Assembly: GCA_965208325.1 (NCBI GenBank) | Contig: OZ242326.1 | Location: 4,096,001 to 4,160,000, forward strand | Direction: 5' to 3' | Length of the DNA: 64,000 bases | DNA from: Candidatus Poribacteria bacterium | GTDB lineage: Bacteria > Poribacteria > WGA-4E > PCPOR2b | In this document: piece after piece, positions 47,873 to 58,658 of the stretch | Layout: each line of letters starts with the position of its first letter | How positions within the stretch are numbered: position 1 is the stretch's first letter | Made by a program: the position numbers and the translations under genes | The notes under the pieces: model-generated | Seen by the model: the letters and a program-made list of their open reading frames with translations, nothing else | Database searches by the model: none | Told to the model about the DNA's origin: nothing

Positions 47873-49267
47873 TCAATCAAGGTTTTGCTCTTTTTTCGTT
47901 TTACCGGACGGCTCTTCGACGTAACGCTTGAGTTTATATTGTAGGGAGCGCAGGCTGATTCCCAACGACTGCGCAGTTAAGGTACGGTTGTTTCCCATTC
48001 TTTCAAGTGTTTTGAGGATCAATTCCTTCTCCATCTCCTTCATCGTCACGTTGACTGAAGGGAAATTCAGTTTATCATCCGTCGTACCTTCAAAATTTGT
48101 GGGCGATTGAATTTCTTCGGGAAGATGTTTGGGGAGAATTACGTCGCCTTCGGCGAATAGAACGGTTCTCAAAATTGAATATTCTAATTCCCGCACGTTT
48201 CCGGGCCAATCATACTTTGATAGACAATCCCTTGCCTTTTGACTAATCCACCGTATGGGTTGGTTGTGTGAATTGCTGTGTTTCTTTAAGAAGTATTCAG
48301 CTAAAACCAAAATATCGTCACGGCGCTCCCTTAAAGGAGGCAGGTAAATGGGAATGACATTCAGCCGATAATAGAGATCTTGACGAAATGCCGCTTTTTC
48401 AACGGCCAGGCGCAAATCTTTATTGGTCGCGGCAATGATGCGGACATCAACGCTAATGACTTTTTCTCCGCCGAGACGCTCGATTTCGCCTTCTTGTATG
48501 GAACGTAACAGCTTTGCTTGCAGTGAAATCGGAGTATCTCCGACTTCGTCTAGAAAAAGCGTGCTTCCATGTGCACGTTCAAATTTTCCAATTTTTTGGT
48601 AAGTTGCGTCAGTAAATGCACCGCGCTCATGGCCAAAGAGTTCGCTTTCGAGAAGATTCTCTGGGATTGCGGTACAATTTACGACGACCATGTCTTTATC
48701 GGTGCGTGAACTATTTTCGTGAATTGCGCGCGCAACCAATTCTTTCCCAGTGCCGCTCTCGCCCTGAATGAACACCGTAGAGTTTGTATCCGCAACCTTC
48801 TCAATAATCTTCAATACTTCGATAATCTGGGGGCTTTCACCGAGAATTTCTTCGTAGCTGCCGATGAGTTCGTCTCTGACGCTGTGCTCCGTCGCGCGAT
48901 GATGGTCCAAGGCTTGATTGACCTTTTGCTGTATGTGTTCCGGTAGGAAGGGTTTTTCCAAAAAATCGTGTGCGCCATGTTTGATGGTTTCTACGGCGCG
49001 TTGAATAGTTCCATGAGCTGTCAACATAATTACGAGTAAACCCGGATACGCTTTACGAATCTGTTTTAGGGTTTCTGTGCCATTAATTCCCGGCATTTGG
49101 ATGTCCAACAACACCAGATCCGGCAGTTCCTGATCAATTAAAGCGAGGGCTTCATAACCATCTGACGCGGTTGCGACAGTAAAGTTGTCCATCTCAAGCC
49201 GATCTTGTAAGATCATTATGGTATCGGGTTCATCATCGACTATGAGAATTCTCTCTCGTACTCTCAC
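47873..49267 (-). CDS. Sigma54-dependent response regulator (NtrC family: REC-AAA+-Fis HTH)
   Basis: ILIVDDE, LLDIQMP, GESGTGKE, GAFTDA, FLDEVG, WPGNVREL, LGISLRSLQYKL; start position uncertain. Confidence 0.95.
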   Translation of the reverse strand: MRVRERILIVDDEPDTIMILQDRLEMDNFTVATASDGYEALALIDQELPDLVLLDIQMPGINGTETLKQIRKAYPGLLVIMLTAHGTIQRAVETIKHGAHDFLEKPFLPEHIQQKVNQALDHHRATEHSVRDELIGSYEEILGESPQIIEVLKIIEKVADTNSTVFIQGESGTGKELVARAIHENSSRTDKDMVVVNCTAIPENLLESELFGHERGAFTDATYQKIGKFERAHGSTLFLDEVGDTPISLQAKLLRSIQEGEIERLGGEKVISVDVRIIAATNKDLRLAVEKAAFRQDLYYRLNVIPIYLPPLRERRDDILVLAEYFLKKHSNSHNQPIRWISQKARDCLSKYDWPGNVRELEYSILRTVLFAEGDVILPKHLPEEIQSPTNFEGTTDDKLNFPSVNVTMKEMEKELILKTLERMGNNRTLTAQSLGISLRSLQYKLKRYVEEPSGKTKKEQNLD

Positions 49268-49481
49268 CCTAAAATCCACGAATATTGTTTCATTTCCAAG
49301 CAAAGAACCAGCCCGCGTTTCGTTAAAGAACGGATGTTAATTTTACCAGAAATGGCAAGGAGCATCAATACAAACATTGAGTCCCTAAAAGCGGCGCGTT
49401 AGTTTTTGCTTTTTGCTAGATTGCTAAGATTGGATTGTGCTATGATTAAACTGTGTTCAATTGATTATTGGAGTTAGCAAA

Positions 49482-50546
49482 ATGGAGCCTGATTGCCGTC
49501 TTCCCGGCATCCGCAAAATCTTAATCATTCGTAACGATGGCATTGGGGATCTACTAAATTCTACGCCCGCAATCTCACTTTTGCGCCAAAACTATCCGCG
49601 CGCGGAAATTACCGTACTTGCCCAATCGACGACCGCCCCAATGTTAGTTGGAAATACTGATGTGGACCGCGTTCTGATATACGATCGACGGCGCGCCCAT
49701 CAACGGTTGGTAAATCGCCTGAAGTTCTATCTCGGTCTGCGGCAAACTAAATACAATCTCGTTGTAGCAATGCGGACAGCGTCGTGGTCCAATTTTGTGG
49801 CGTTTCTATCGGGAGCAAAGTATCGGCTGGGACGGCATCAGAAACGGTTCAAAAGCACGTTGACGCACGTATGGCGTGCGCAATACCAGAAAGGGCATGT
49901 CCACGAAATCGATCGCAATTTTGATCTGGTTGGGCTAATTTGCAAGGGTACGGGCGATCGGCGGCTTGTCCTGAAGGTTCTGGATGAGGAGATTGCCCGC
50001 GCGAAGAGAAAATTAGCAAGTTGGGGGGTCACTCCCAACGATTATGTACTTGGCATTCACCCTGGCGCAAGTTCGTTCGATAAACGTTGGCCAGAAGAGA
50101 ATTATGCCGAGATAGCAGACACGCTTGTACGTGAACGTGCGGCGAAGATTTTGATTCTCCGGGGACCTGAAGAAACCGAATTGGCGCGGAATATCCAAAA
50201 AGCTATGCAGGTCGAATCTATCGCCTATGCTCCCCAATCAATTCGCGAGCTTGGTGCGCTGATTCGATGCTGTAATCTAGTTGTGTGTAATGACTCTGGT
50301 CCCATGCATATCGCTGCGGCGCTGGATGTGCCGACGGTTGCGGTTTTTGGTCCCACAGATCACGTTGTTTGGAAGCCGCAATCCAAAAACGCCGCGATTG
50401 TTAGGCGTGACATGCCGTGTTGGCCATGCAGCGCGCACAAGTGCAAAATCGGATGGGAATGCACAAAGAAACTGCCCGTTGATATGGTGTTGGAAATGGT
50501 CAGGGGACCCACCAAATCATTCCACTCCCCGCTGCGGAATCCTTGA
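49482..50546 (+). CDS. Glycosyltransferase family 9 (heptosyltransferase-like)
   Basis: IGDLL.STP, IHPGA..KRWP, NDSGPMHIAAAL..FGPT. Confidence 0.9.
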   Translation: MEPDCRLPGIRKILIIRNDGIGDLLNSTPAISLLRQNYPRAEITVLAQSTTAPMLVGNTDVDRVLIYDRRRAHQRLVNRLKFYLGLRQTKYNLVVAMRTASWSNFVAFLSGAKYRLGRHQKRFKSTLTHVWRAQYQKGHVHEIDRNFDLVGLICKGTGDRRLVLKVLDEEIARAKRKLASWGVTPNDYVLGIHPGASSFDKRWPEENYAEIADTLVRERAAKILILRGPEETELARNIQKAMQVESIAYAPQSIRELGALIRCCNLVVCNDSGPMHIAAALDVPTVAVFGPTDHVVWKPQSKNAAIVRRDMPCWPCSAHKCKIGWECTKKLPVDMVLEMVRGPTKSFHSPLRNP

Positions 50547-50554
50547 GGTAAACA

Positions 50555-51820
50555 GTGAGAATTGTGTTGACGACCTGGGGTTCAACCGGCGATGTTCAGC
50601 CATTTTTGGCGCTAGCGCGGAAGCTGCTCAATGCGGGCCATGAAATTCGAGTTTGTACTTCAGAGATATTCCGTGAACGCTTTATGGTGCACTCGGTTGG
50701 CTTCTACGCGGTTGGCGTTCCATTCGACTTCTATCGTATGCACCGCGCAATGGATAAAGTCGTAAAAATTAAAGACCCGCTCAGGTCGTCAATCTTACTT
50801 GTAAAAGAAGGTATCCTGTACAAAGCGGAAAAGTGGTACCAAGGCTGTCTCGAAGCAATGGCAGGGCAAGATTTAGCAATCTGCCATTCTGCCGATATCG
50901 CAGGCCAGGAAGCGGCGATTAAACGAAACTTGCCGTGGATTAGTGTCAGCTACTGCCCCGGATTTGTCAAGACGGCCGAGAATGCGCCGCACCCAGTGCC
51001 AAATCTTGGCAAACCATTCAATACGCTGGCTTGGAGATTAGTTGAATGGCTGATGCGAAAGCAGGTCGATCCGCTATTCAATGAATTTGTTACGTCGATA
51101 GGCGGAAAACCGCGCCGACTATTCGGTTTGGACGGTATGTATTCGCCAGAGCTGAATCTCATCGCTGCGTCGCCGCATATCAGCAGCCCGCCTCGCGATT
51201 TTCCGATAAAGCATAAATTCACGGGGCCGTGGTTTCTTGATGAGCCGGATTATGAACTACCTCCGGACCTGTTGAATTTTTTGGATCGAGGCTCGCCGCC
51301 CGTTATAATTACCTTCGGTTCCATGGGCGGAACTAAAAGTGTCGAAACTACGAAGCTACTCGTAGAAGCCGTTCAGCGTGCCGGCGAACGCGCCATCATC
51401 CAAGCTGGGTGGGGAAACCTTGGACTCGATAAAGCGCCGGAAACAATCTATTTTGTCGGATTTGTGCCGCACGCCGTGCTATTTCACCGAGGGTGCTGTG
51501 TTATTCATCATGGCGGGGCAGGCACGACAGCATCAGCCTGCCGAGCCGGCGTGCCTTCAATTATTGTTCCGCATCTCGCGACGGATCAGTCCTATTGGGG
51601 ATTGTCGTTGTACAAGTTAGGGGTTGCCCCCAGGCCGCTGCATCGTTGCGGCATGACCGCTAAACGGTTGGCGAAACGAATTGAGGCGGTGAAGTCTTCA
51701 AATTTTATGGCGGATAGAGCAAAAACACTAGGAAGGAAAATTCAGGTTGAAGACGGATTGACGACTGCGGTAGGGTTGATTGAGGAATTTGCTGCAAATC
51801 GGAATTTAGCCGTTCATTAG
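50555..51820 (+). CDS. GT1/GT28-type glycosyltransferase (sterol glucosyltransferase-like)
   Basis: GSTGDVQPFLAL, ITFGSM, HHGGAGTT, DQ.YW. Confidence 0.9.
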   Translation: MRIVLTTWGSTGDVQPFLALARKLLNAGHEIRVCTSEIFRERFMVHSVGFYAVGVPFDFYRMHRAMDKVVKIKDPLRSSILLVKEGILYKAEKWYQGCLEAMAGQDLAICHSADIAGQEAAIKRNLPWISVSYCPGFVKTAENAPHPVPNLGKPFNTLAWRLVEWLMRKQVDPLFNEFVTSIGGKPRRLFGLDGMYSPELNLIAASPHISSPPRDFPIKHKFTGPWFLDEPDYELPPDLLNFLDRGSPPVIITFGSMGGTKSVETTKLLVEAVQRAGERAIIQAGWGNLGLDKAPETIYFVGFVPHAVLFHRGCCVIHHGGAGTTASACRAGVPSIIVPHLATDQSYWGLSLYKLGVAPRPLHRCGMTAKRLAKRIEAVKSSNFMADRAKTLGRKIQVEDGLTTAVGLIEEFAANRNLAVH

Positions 51821-51925
51821 AGTAAGATTTAAATTTTTCGTTGAAACAGTGTGAGAAGCAGCAGCACCTAACGGCTGCCTCTTGCGCTATATTGAGATGA
51901 GGCTCACCAACAATGGGAGTCCTTC

Positions 51926-52915
51926 ATGGCCGGTACTCGAATTCAAAAGGTCTTGGTCTTTAGCTTCAGCTTTATCGGCGATGCGGTTCTATCAACGGCA
52001 GTAATCCATCCACTACGCCGGCGTTTTCCCGATGCGCAGATCGCATTCCTTGTCGGTGTGCGTGCGGCAAAACTATTTTCGGGCGACCCACAGATTGATG
52101 AGGTGTTTGTTTACGATAATCACGGCGTACATTCCGGCTGGCGTGGGAAAGTTCGCCTCATCGAAATGCTGCGCCGCGAGAAATTTGATTTAGTGATAAA
52201 TCTCCGGGATAGCGTCTGGTCTAGGTTCGTTGGCGAAAAACATTGGGGCATAAAACTGAGAGGTGCGGATATGCACGCTGTGACGCGCTACCTCGACGTT
52301 TTGCATCGGCATGGAATTGACACAACTGCGGCGCAGCCAAAACTAGAAATCACCGATTTGGAGCTTTCGAAACGGGACGAGTTTCTGGAGGAATGCGGAG
52401 TCGATCGTAGTCGTTTGTTGATTGGGGTTCATCCCGGCGGAAATTGGGTTTACAAATTGTGGTCACCGAAGAATTATGCGCGGATGTCGGACGCGCTGCA
52501 TGAAAGATGGAACGCTCAGATTCTGCTGTTCGCGGGCCCGGACGAACAGCAATTGCTCTCGGAGGTGGTTGCCACAATGAACTACCAGCCAATCGTCGTT
52601 AGAACTCACGATTTGCGCCGAGTTGCGGCTTTGATAGAAGCGTGCAATCTTTATATCGGAAACGATACGGGGCCGATGCACATCGCCGCCGCTGTTGGGA
52701 TTCGTGTTGTCGGCATTTTCGGATCAACAAATTACCGCCGCAGCGGGCCTTATGGAAAGGAACATACAGTTGTGCAAAGCGGGCGTAATCTGGGTTGTAA
52801 TCCGTGCCACCCCGGTAAACACCCCGGTAGTTGCGGGAAACGTAGTTGCGAAGTCATTGAGGCTATAACCGTTGAGCGGGTGCTCAGTGCTATCGAAGCG
52901 TTAAGGGCGGCATGA
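51926..52915 (+). CDS. Glycosyltransferase family 9
   Basis: FIGDAVL, VHPGG..KLW, NDTGPMHIAAA, C.PC. Confidence 0.9.
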   Translation: MAGTRIQKVLVFSFSFIGDAVLSTAVIHPLRRRFPDAQIAFLVGVRAAKLFSGDPQIDEVFVYDNHGVHSGWRGKVRLIEMLRREKFDLVINLRDSVWSRFVGEKHWGIKLRGADMHAVTRYLDVLHRHGIDTTAAQPKLEITDLELSKRDEFLEECGVDRSRLLIGVHPGGNWVYKLWSPKNYARMSDALHERWNAQILLFAGPDEQQLLSEVVATMNYQPIVVRTHDLRRVAALIEACNLYIGNDTGPMHIAAAVGIRVVGIFGSTNYRRSGPYGKEHTVVQSGRNLGCNPCHPGKHPGSCGKRSCEVIEAITVERVLSAIEALRAA

Positions 52916-53128
52916 ACCATGGAATGAAAAGATGCAATGCAACGCGAGACATTACTTAGGCTCCCGGAATCGCTCCAGAGTCAATCTACCTTGCCAAATT
53001 ACGGAGGATTGTAACTCAGAGAATCGCATCTTACAGATTATGCACGACGCATTACGAGGCATTACCAAACGCCGTATTACAAGGATACCGAAGATGACAT
53101 GCGGCAGATTACAGTGAGGTGAAAACAT

Positions 53129-54757
53129 ATGGCATTTCCATCATACGGTAACACCCATCGTTCAACCGTGACCGGCACGCGCGGCATGATTGCGAGTGCA
53201 CACCCCCTCGCGAGTTTGGCGGGCGCGCGTATGTTGCTTCAAGGTGGCAACGCTTTTGATGCGGCGATAACTGTCGCATCAACGCTAAACGTTGTCGAGC
53301 CATACATGTCTGGCATCGCGGGAAACGGGTACATGCTGCTCTATAGTGCCGAAGAGCGGACTATCCGGGTACTCGACTACGTGGGGACAAGTCCATACGG
53401 TGCATCGCGCGACGCCTTTCCAACCCCGGAGTTTATGGACATCGGCATACGGTCAGGGATGGTTCCTGGGGCATGCGGCGGTTGGATGGCGGCACTCGAT
53501 CGATACGGCAGTATGAGCCGGGAAGAAATCTTTGCGCCGGCGATCGAACTCGCGGAAAATGGCTACGCAGTCACCGTCAAAAATGCCCATTTTATGGCGG
53601 AAGTAGCGCCGCGTTTATCGCCCACCGCCGAGAAGGTCATCATGGCGCGCGGACGGACGCCTTTGCCCGGTGAGATTCTGGTACAAAAAGACCTCGCCCG
53701 AACCTTCCGAAAGGTCGTGGAAGGTGGGGCGGAAGTCTTTTATCGCGGCGAAATCGCCCAGCAGATTGCTCAATTTTGCCGCGAAAACGATGGGTTAATT
53801 ACCGAACAGGATTTAGCGGATTTTCGCGTGGAATGGCAGGAACCGATTTCGGCTTCCTACAAGGGATATGAGATTTACTGCCCGCCGCCGCCGTGTTCAG
53901 GATTCCAATATTTAGAGACACTCAACATTCTGGAGAACGACGAACTCAAAGATTTGGGGCACAACTCGGCGGAGTCTCTTCATCTGGTGATTGAAGCCAT
54001 TCGGCTCGCGAGCGCGGACCGAGCGGAGTACGCCTGTTTGCCCGATTCGCCAATTACCGGACTGCTCTCCAAGGGTTATGCTGCCGCACAGCGGGAACGG
54101 ATCGGGAGCCGGGCATCAGTAAGCGGCGGCGAGCGTTATACGAAAGAGAAATTACCCGGAGAGGTGATAGCAGGCGACCCCGGTGAATGGATGCGTGAAT
54201 GCACAACGCACTTCGATGTGGTTGACAGCATGGGCAACGCGGTTGCGGTGACGCAGAGCATCGGACACCCCTTCGGCTCTGGAACGATTCTCGGCAAAAC
54301 CGGGATGTTCCTAAATAATTTTATCAACTGGTTCGATTTTCTGCCGGAGAGCCCAAATGTCATCGCGCCGCACAAAAGGATTGAGATGTGCATGTCCCCG
54401 TGCCAAATCTGGAAAGACGGTAAGGTGTTCGCAGTGCTCGGGACGCCGGGAAGTCACGGGATTTTGCAAACGACAGCTCAAGTCAACCTCAACCTACTTG
54501 AGCACGGCATGAACATCCAAGCCGCAATCGAAGCGCCGCGTATCCGCCTTGAACACCCGGGTAAAGATGTCGGTATAGAAAGCCGGATTTCGTCTGAAGT
54601 CAGGAACGACCTTACAGTGCGCGGCCACGATGTTCGTTTGCTGCCGGACTGGACGGCGCTCGTTGGGGGAGCGCAAGGCATAGTAATTGACTTAGATGAG
54701 GGTACGTTCATGGGCGGCGCCGATCCGCGCCGCGATGGATACGCCATTGGAATTTAA
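53129..54757 (+). CDS. ggt: Gamma-glutamyltransferase family protein
   Basis: GGNAFDAA, TTHFDVVD (Thr nucleophile), LNNF, GTPGS, GGADPRRDG. Confidence 0.92.
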   Translation: MAFPSYGNTHRSTVTGTRGMIASAHPLASLAGARMLLQGGNAFDAAITVASTLNVVEPYMSGIAGNGYMLLYSAEERTIRVLDYVGTSPYGASRDAFPTPEFMDIGIRSGMVPGACGGWMAALDRYGSMSREEIFAPAIELAENGYAVTVKNAHFMAEVAPRLSPTAEKVIMARGRTPLPGEILVQKDLARTFRKVVEGGAEVFYRGEIAQQIAQFCRENDGLITEQDLADFRVEWQEPISASYKGYEIYCPPPPCSGFQYLETLNILENDELKDLGHNSAESLHLVIEAIRLASADRAEYACLPDSPITGLLSKGYAAAQRERIGSRASVSGGERYTKEKLPGEVIAGDPGEWMRECTTHFDVVDSMGNAVAVTQSIGHPFGSGTILGKTGMFLNNFINWFDFLPESPNVIAPHKRIEMCMSPCQIWKDGKVFAVLGTPGSHGILQTTAQVNLNLLEHGMNIQAAIEAPRIRLEHPGKDVGIESRISSEVRNDLTVRGHDVRLLPDWTALVGGAQGIVIDLDEGTFMGGADPRRDGYAIGI

Positions 54758-54811
54758 GCAAGCGGTGTGATTAGGCTAAACTGAACTCGAGTACAACGCA
54801 GTGTATTCCGT

Positions 54812-55918
54812 TTGAACAAGGAAATGGCTAAAGGGGATATTTCCCTCAAAAACGTAACGAAGTATTTCGGCAATACTCTCGCCGTTGACAACGTGTCGCT
54901 CGACATCCAAAGCGGCGAATTTTTCTCGCTGCTAGGTCCAAGCGGCTGTGGAAAGACGACGACGCTCCGCATGATTGGCGGGTTTGAGCACCCGAATGCA
55001 GGCGGTATTTATATTAACAATCAGCTGATGGAACAGACTCCGCCATTTCAACGGGATGTCAATACGGTGTTCCAAAATTATGCCTTGTTCCCCCATAAAT
55101 CGGTTGCCCAAAACATCGCATTCGGTATTCAGATGAAGGGATTTGCTAAAGGGGAGATAATCGAGCAAGTCAATCATTTTTTGAAGATGGTGCGGCTGCC
55201 GGAGCATGGGAGCCGCAAACCCGACGAACTTTCCGGCGGGGAAAAACAACGCGTGGCTTTGGCGCGTGCACTCATCAACCGTCCGTCGATTTTGTTGCTT
55301 GATGAACCTTTGGCAGCGTTAGATCTCCAGTTGCGGAAACAGATGCAATCCGAACTTAAATCGCTAAAGAGCGAGATAGGAATCACGTTTGTCTATGTCA
55401 CTCATGATCAGGGCGAAGCGTTGGCATTGTCTGACCGAATCGCTGTAATGAATCGGGGGAAAATTCTTCAGGTCGGCAAACCTGCTGAAATATATGATTT
55501 ACCGAATAACCGTTTTGTGGCGGAATTTATCGGAATGTCGAATTGCTTTGACGGCACATTATCGGGAATTGCAAATGAGCGGGCCGAGGTCAAATTAGAC
55601 ATAGACTCGCAGGCTCGATGCGTCGGACGACCCAACGGTAACCTCGTTCAGGGGGATGCAGTCACAGTGGTTGTGCGCCCTGAACGGATTGATATGGCGC
55701 ATCAGCCCATCCGGAACAATGAAAATCAGATGGAAGGAGTTTTACAAGATGAGAATTACATGGGCACCACCATCCAATATACAGTGCTCGTTTCCCATCA
55801 GATTCTGGTTGTAGTAAATCAACAAAATGCGGGGTTGACGAATGGAGACCGCATCCGAGTCGGTAATACAGTCTACCTGAGTTGGAGGACCGACAGCGCG
55901 ACGGTATTGAAACGCTGA
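54812..55918 (+). CDS. PotA-like ABC transporter ATP-binding protein
   Basis: GPSGCGKTT, VFQNYALFPH, LSGGEKQRVALARAL, LLLDEP, C-terminal TOBE domain. Confidence 0.88.
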   Translation: MNKEMAKGDISLKNVTKYFGNTLAVDNVSLDIQSGEFFSLLGPSGCGKTTTLRMIGGFEHPNAGGIYINNQLMEQTPPFQRDVNTVFQNYALFPHKSVAQNIAFGIQMKGFAKGEIIEQVNHFLKMVRLPEHGSRKPDELSGGEKQRVALARALINRPSILLLDEPLAALDLQLRKQMQSELKSLKSEIGITFVYVTHDQGEALALSDRIAVMNRGKILQVGKPAEIYDLPNNRFVAEFIGMSNCFDGTLSGIANERAEVKLDIDSQARCVGRPNGNLVQGDAVTVVVRPERIDMAHQPIRNNENQMEGVLQDENYMGTTIQYTVLVSHQILVVVNQQNAGLTNGDRIRVGNTVYLSWRTDSATVLKR

Positions 55919-56095
55919 CATCGGTTCTTTAACAGCGGCAGGTTCCGCCCAGATTGGCAAAGGCAGAGGGTTTTTTAGCATAGCATTTGTCCTCGGAGCA
56001 GATTATGCAATCGTGCGCATGTTGGGCAAATCCTGTAATCGACTAAAGAACTAAGGAGTCAGGTTAGTGCCTTTTTTCGGTAAGGAGACTTTTAG

Positions 56096-56536
56096 ATGAT
56101 AACCAATTTGCACCATGTTGCTATCCTCACGTCAAACATTGAAGAAGCCATCCAATTTTATACGAATCTGCTTGGCGGCCAGTCTCCAAGAATTGCAGAG
56201 GTGGACCGCCCCGGCGTAAAGCTGAAGTCCGCAATGCTCCCAATCGGACCGACCGGAGATACGTATCTTCAGCTCATTGAGCCGTCGGAGGGGCCGGGCG
56301 TGGCGGAATTAGAGCGCGGCGGGGAAGGAACGTTATTCGAAGTCGGTTTTCAGGTGGATGATTTAGCGGACCTTCACGACCAGATGGACGCTAGAGAGAT
56401 TAGACCGCAAGACCTGGCAGGCGATTCCATAGAAGATAAATTCATTGAATCAAAGTTTGGAAATCGGTACTTTTTTCTGCCAAAAGACAAAACGAGGGGG
56501 ACAAGGTTGGAGTTTGTGCAGGTTATTAACAAGTAG
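56096..56536 (+). CDS. VOC/glyoxalase-family protein (methylmalonyl-CoA epimerase-like)
   Basis: LHHVAI, LQLIEP, VGFQVDDL, RLEFVQ. Confidence 0.8.
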   Translation: MITNLHHVAILTSNIEEAIQFYTNLLGGQSPRIAEVDRPGVKLKSAMLPIGPTGDTYLQLIEPSEGPGVAELERGGEGTLFEVGFQVDDLADLHDQMDAREIRPQDLAGDSIEDKFIESKFGNRYFFLPKDKTRGTRLEFVQVINK

Positions 56537-57173
56537 TGCGTGCTAACTGCTGGCTGTGACATGCTAAAAATTTACCATGACAATTTTGTGCATTTCGCTG
56601 CTCTTGCTTACTGTCATATTTTTGCTTGCAGAACACCTTCCGATCTAGTATTGGTCGCACTTTGTACTAGTGCGTGCAGCAGTTTGTGTCATATTACGTG
56701 ATGAAAGGTCTCATGGAATTCGGAGTGACATACACACAAATTTATGGGAGTCTGCTGGAAACGCTTTTGGGCGCCCACGGGCAATAAAACTGAAATCTTT
56801 TGGCGGTTACCTGTTGGTGTCCACGTTAATTGGAACTGTCCATCTTAAGGTCACAATGCACCAGCACGAGCCCGAGTTGAGAGAAACTGTCAATGCGATG
56901 AACGAACATTTCCGCACTTACCTCAGTCGTACAGATTAAACCTCGTTTGCTTTCTATTCAACCGCTGCGCTTTCTCTACTCGCAATTGGCGTGATGTTCT
57001 ATTCTGGCTCCTTCTAACATGCCGATGAGTTTACGGCTAAATTGGCGGTGTGTTTCTTTGGTATAGAGGCAGCGGATTCGGATTGGCTGAGTGGTTTTTC
57101 GGCAAAACCCGCTGCGCTTACCGATTTATCGAATAACGGATTATTTAGGGCGCAATATAGGAGACACATTACG

Positions 57174-58658
57174 TTGTCAACGTCAACAATTGAACAAACC
57201 AGATTGCGGATATCAAAAACCACCAAAGCAAATAAAAAATCGCAGTTCGGACAGTTTCTAACATCAGAAAGAACTGCGACTTTTATGGCCAGTCTTTTCC
57301 CTAACGGGAAAGGCTTGTGTCGCTTACTTGATGCGGGAGCCGGAATTGGTTCGCTTTCTGTAGCTTTCTTAGAAAGGTGGGATGCTGCTGGTTTTGACTT
57401 TCAGCGTGTCGAACTAGATGCTTTCGAGATTGACGATTCTCTGCATTCCTGTTTGAATCAATCATTGGAAAAACACAGAGCTAACCAAGGGTTTATTCCG
57501 GAAATTCGAAAGGTTGATTTTATACACGCCGCTGTAGATTGGCTTTCCGGAAGCCTTTTCGCCGAAGAGTTCCAGAAATATACTCACGCCATTCTTAACC
57601 CACCTTACAAAAAAATCAACAGAAATTCATCGTACCGTTTAGCCTTACGCCGAGTTGGAATCGAGACGGTGAATTTGTATTCGGCTTTTGTGGCGCTTGC
57701 TGTTGCGCTAGCCGCGCCGGGCGGACAGATCGTGGCAATTATTCCGCGCAGTTTCTGTAATGGACCGTATTACCGTCCATTTCGTGACTTCATCCTAAAA
57801 CGCGTAGCCATCCGGTACATCCATCTCTTTGAATCTCGTAACAAAGTGTTCAAAGATGATAATGTATTGCAAGAAAACATTATTATCCGACTTGAGCGTA
57901 GTGGACAACAAGGCCCGGTAACAGTATCGACTTCAGCTGATGATACCTTCACCAACCTGACCACTCACAAATATTCGTTCGATCATATCGTTTCTCCTGA
58001 TGACTCGGAGCGATTCATCCGTGTGCCATTATCACCCACGAACGCTGTCGAATTAGCCCCGAGCGCCCGCTACACCCTAGTAGATCTTGGCATTGATGTT
58101 TCAACAGGTCCGGTAATTGATTTCCGGCTGAAAGATTACTTGCGTGACATGCCGGAGGCAGATTCTGTACCGTTGCTCTATCCGTGCCATTTCCACGGTA
58201 TTGGCACGAAATGGCCGGTTACCGGTAAGAAGAAGCCAAACGCTATCCTGCGTAACGATGATACCGAAAAATGGCTATGTCCAAGCGGCTTTTATTGCGT
58301 AGTACGACGTTTCACATCTAAGGAGGAAAGACGCCGAATCGTAGCGAGCGTGGTTGACCCCAGCGACCTTAATAACGCCCCCATGCTGGGCTTTGAAAAC
58401 CACCTAAATTTTTTCCACGAGAATAAGAGGGGATTGCCACAGGCACTGGCACTTGGGCTAGCCGTGTTCCTCAATTCAACTGCTGTTGATGACTATTACC
58501 GATGCTTCAGCGGCCACACGCAGGTCAATGCTACCGACCTCAAACTTTTGAAGTACCCGAACCGTGATGCTCTAGTTGACATTGGTAAATGGACCATGCA
58601 ACAAAGAGAACTCACGCAAGTTATGATTGACGCCAAGCTAGGGACTTTAGCCGAATGA
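57174..58658 (+). CDS. Type II N6-adenine DNA methyltransferase (BsuBI/PstI type)
   Basis: GQFLT, LDAGAGIGSL, NPPY, FENHLN, SGHTQVNATDL; TTG start after AGGAGA. Confidence 0.92.
   Translation: MSTSTIEQTRLRISKTTKANKKSQFGQFLTSERTATFMASLFPNGKGLCRLLDAGAGIGSLSVAFLERWDAAGFDFQRVELDAFEIDDSLHSCLNQSLEKHRANQGFIPEIRKVDFIHAAVDWLSGSLFAEEFQKYTHAILNPPYKKINRNSSYRLALRRVGIETVNLYSAFVALAVALAAPGGQIVAIIPRSFCNGPYYRPFRDFILKRVAIRYIHLFESRNKVFKDDNVLQENIIIRLERSGQQGPVTVSTSADDTFTNLTTHKYSFDHIVSPDDSERFIRVPLSPTNAVELAPSARYTLVDLGIDVSTGPVIDFRLKDYLRDMPEADSVPLLYPCHFHGIGTKWPVTGKKKPNAILRNDDTEKWLCPSGFYCVVRRFTSKEERRRIVASVVDPSDLNNAPMLGFENHLNFFHENKRGLPQALALGLAVFLNSTAVDDYYRCFSGHTQVNATDLKLLKYPNRDALVDIGKWTMQQRELTQVMIDAKLGTLAE

Noticed and set aside
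52932..53117. Short ORF with recurring ATTAC motifs
   Set aside because: Degenerate low-complexity intergenic sequence; no RBS or family motif.
56670..56939. 89-aa ORF upstream of the methyltransferase as a controller (C) protein
   Set aside because: No HTH pattern or RBS recognised.
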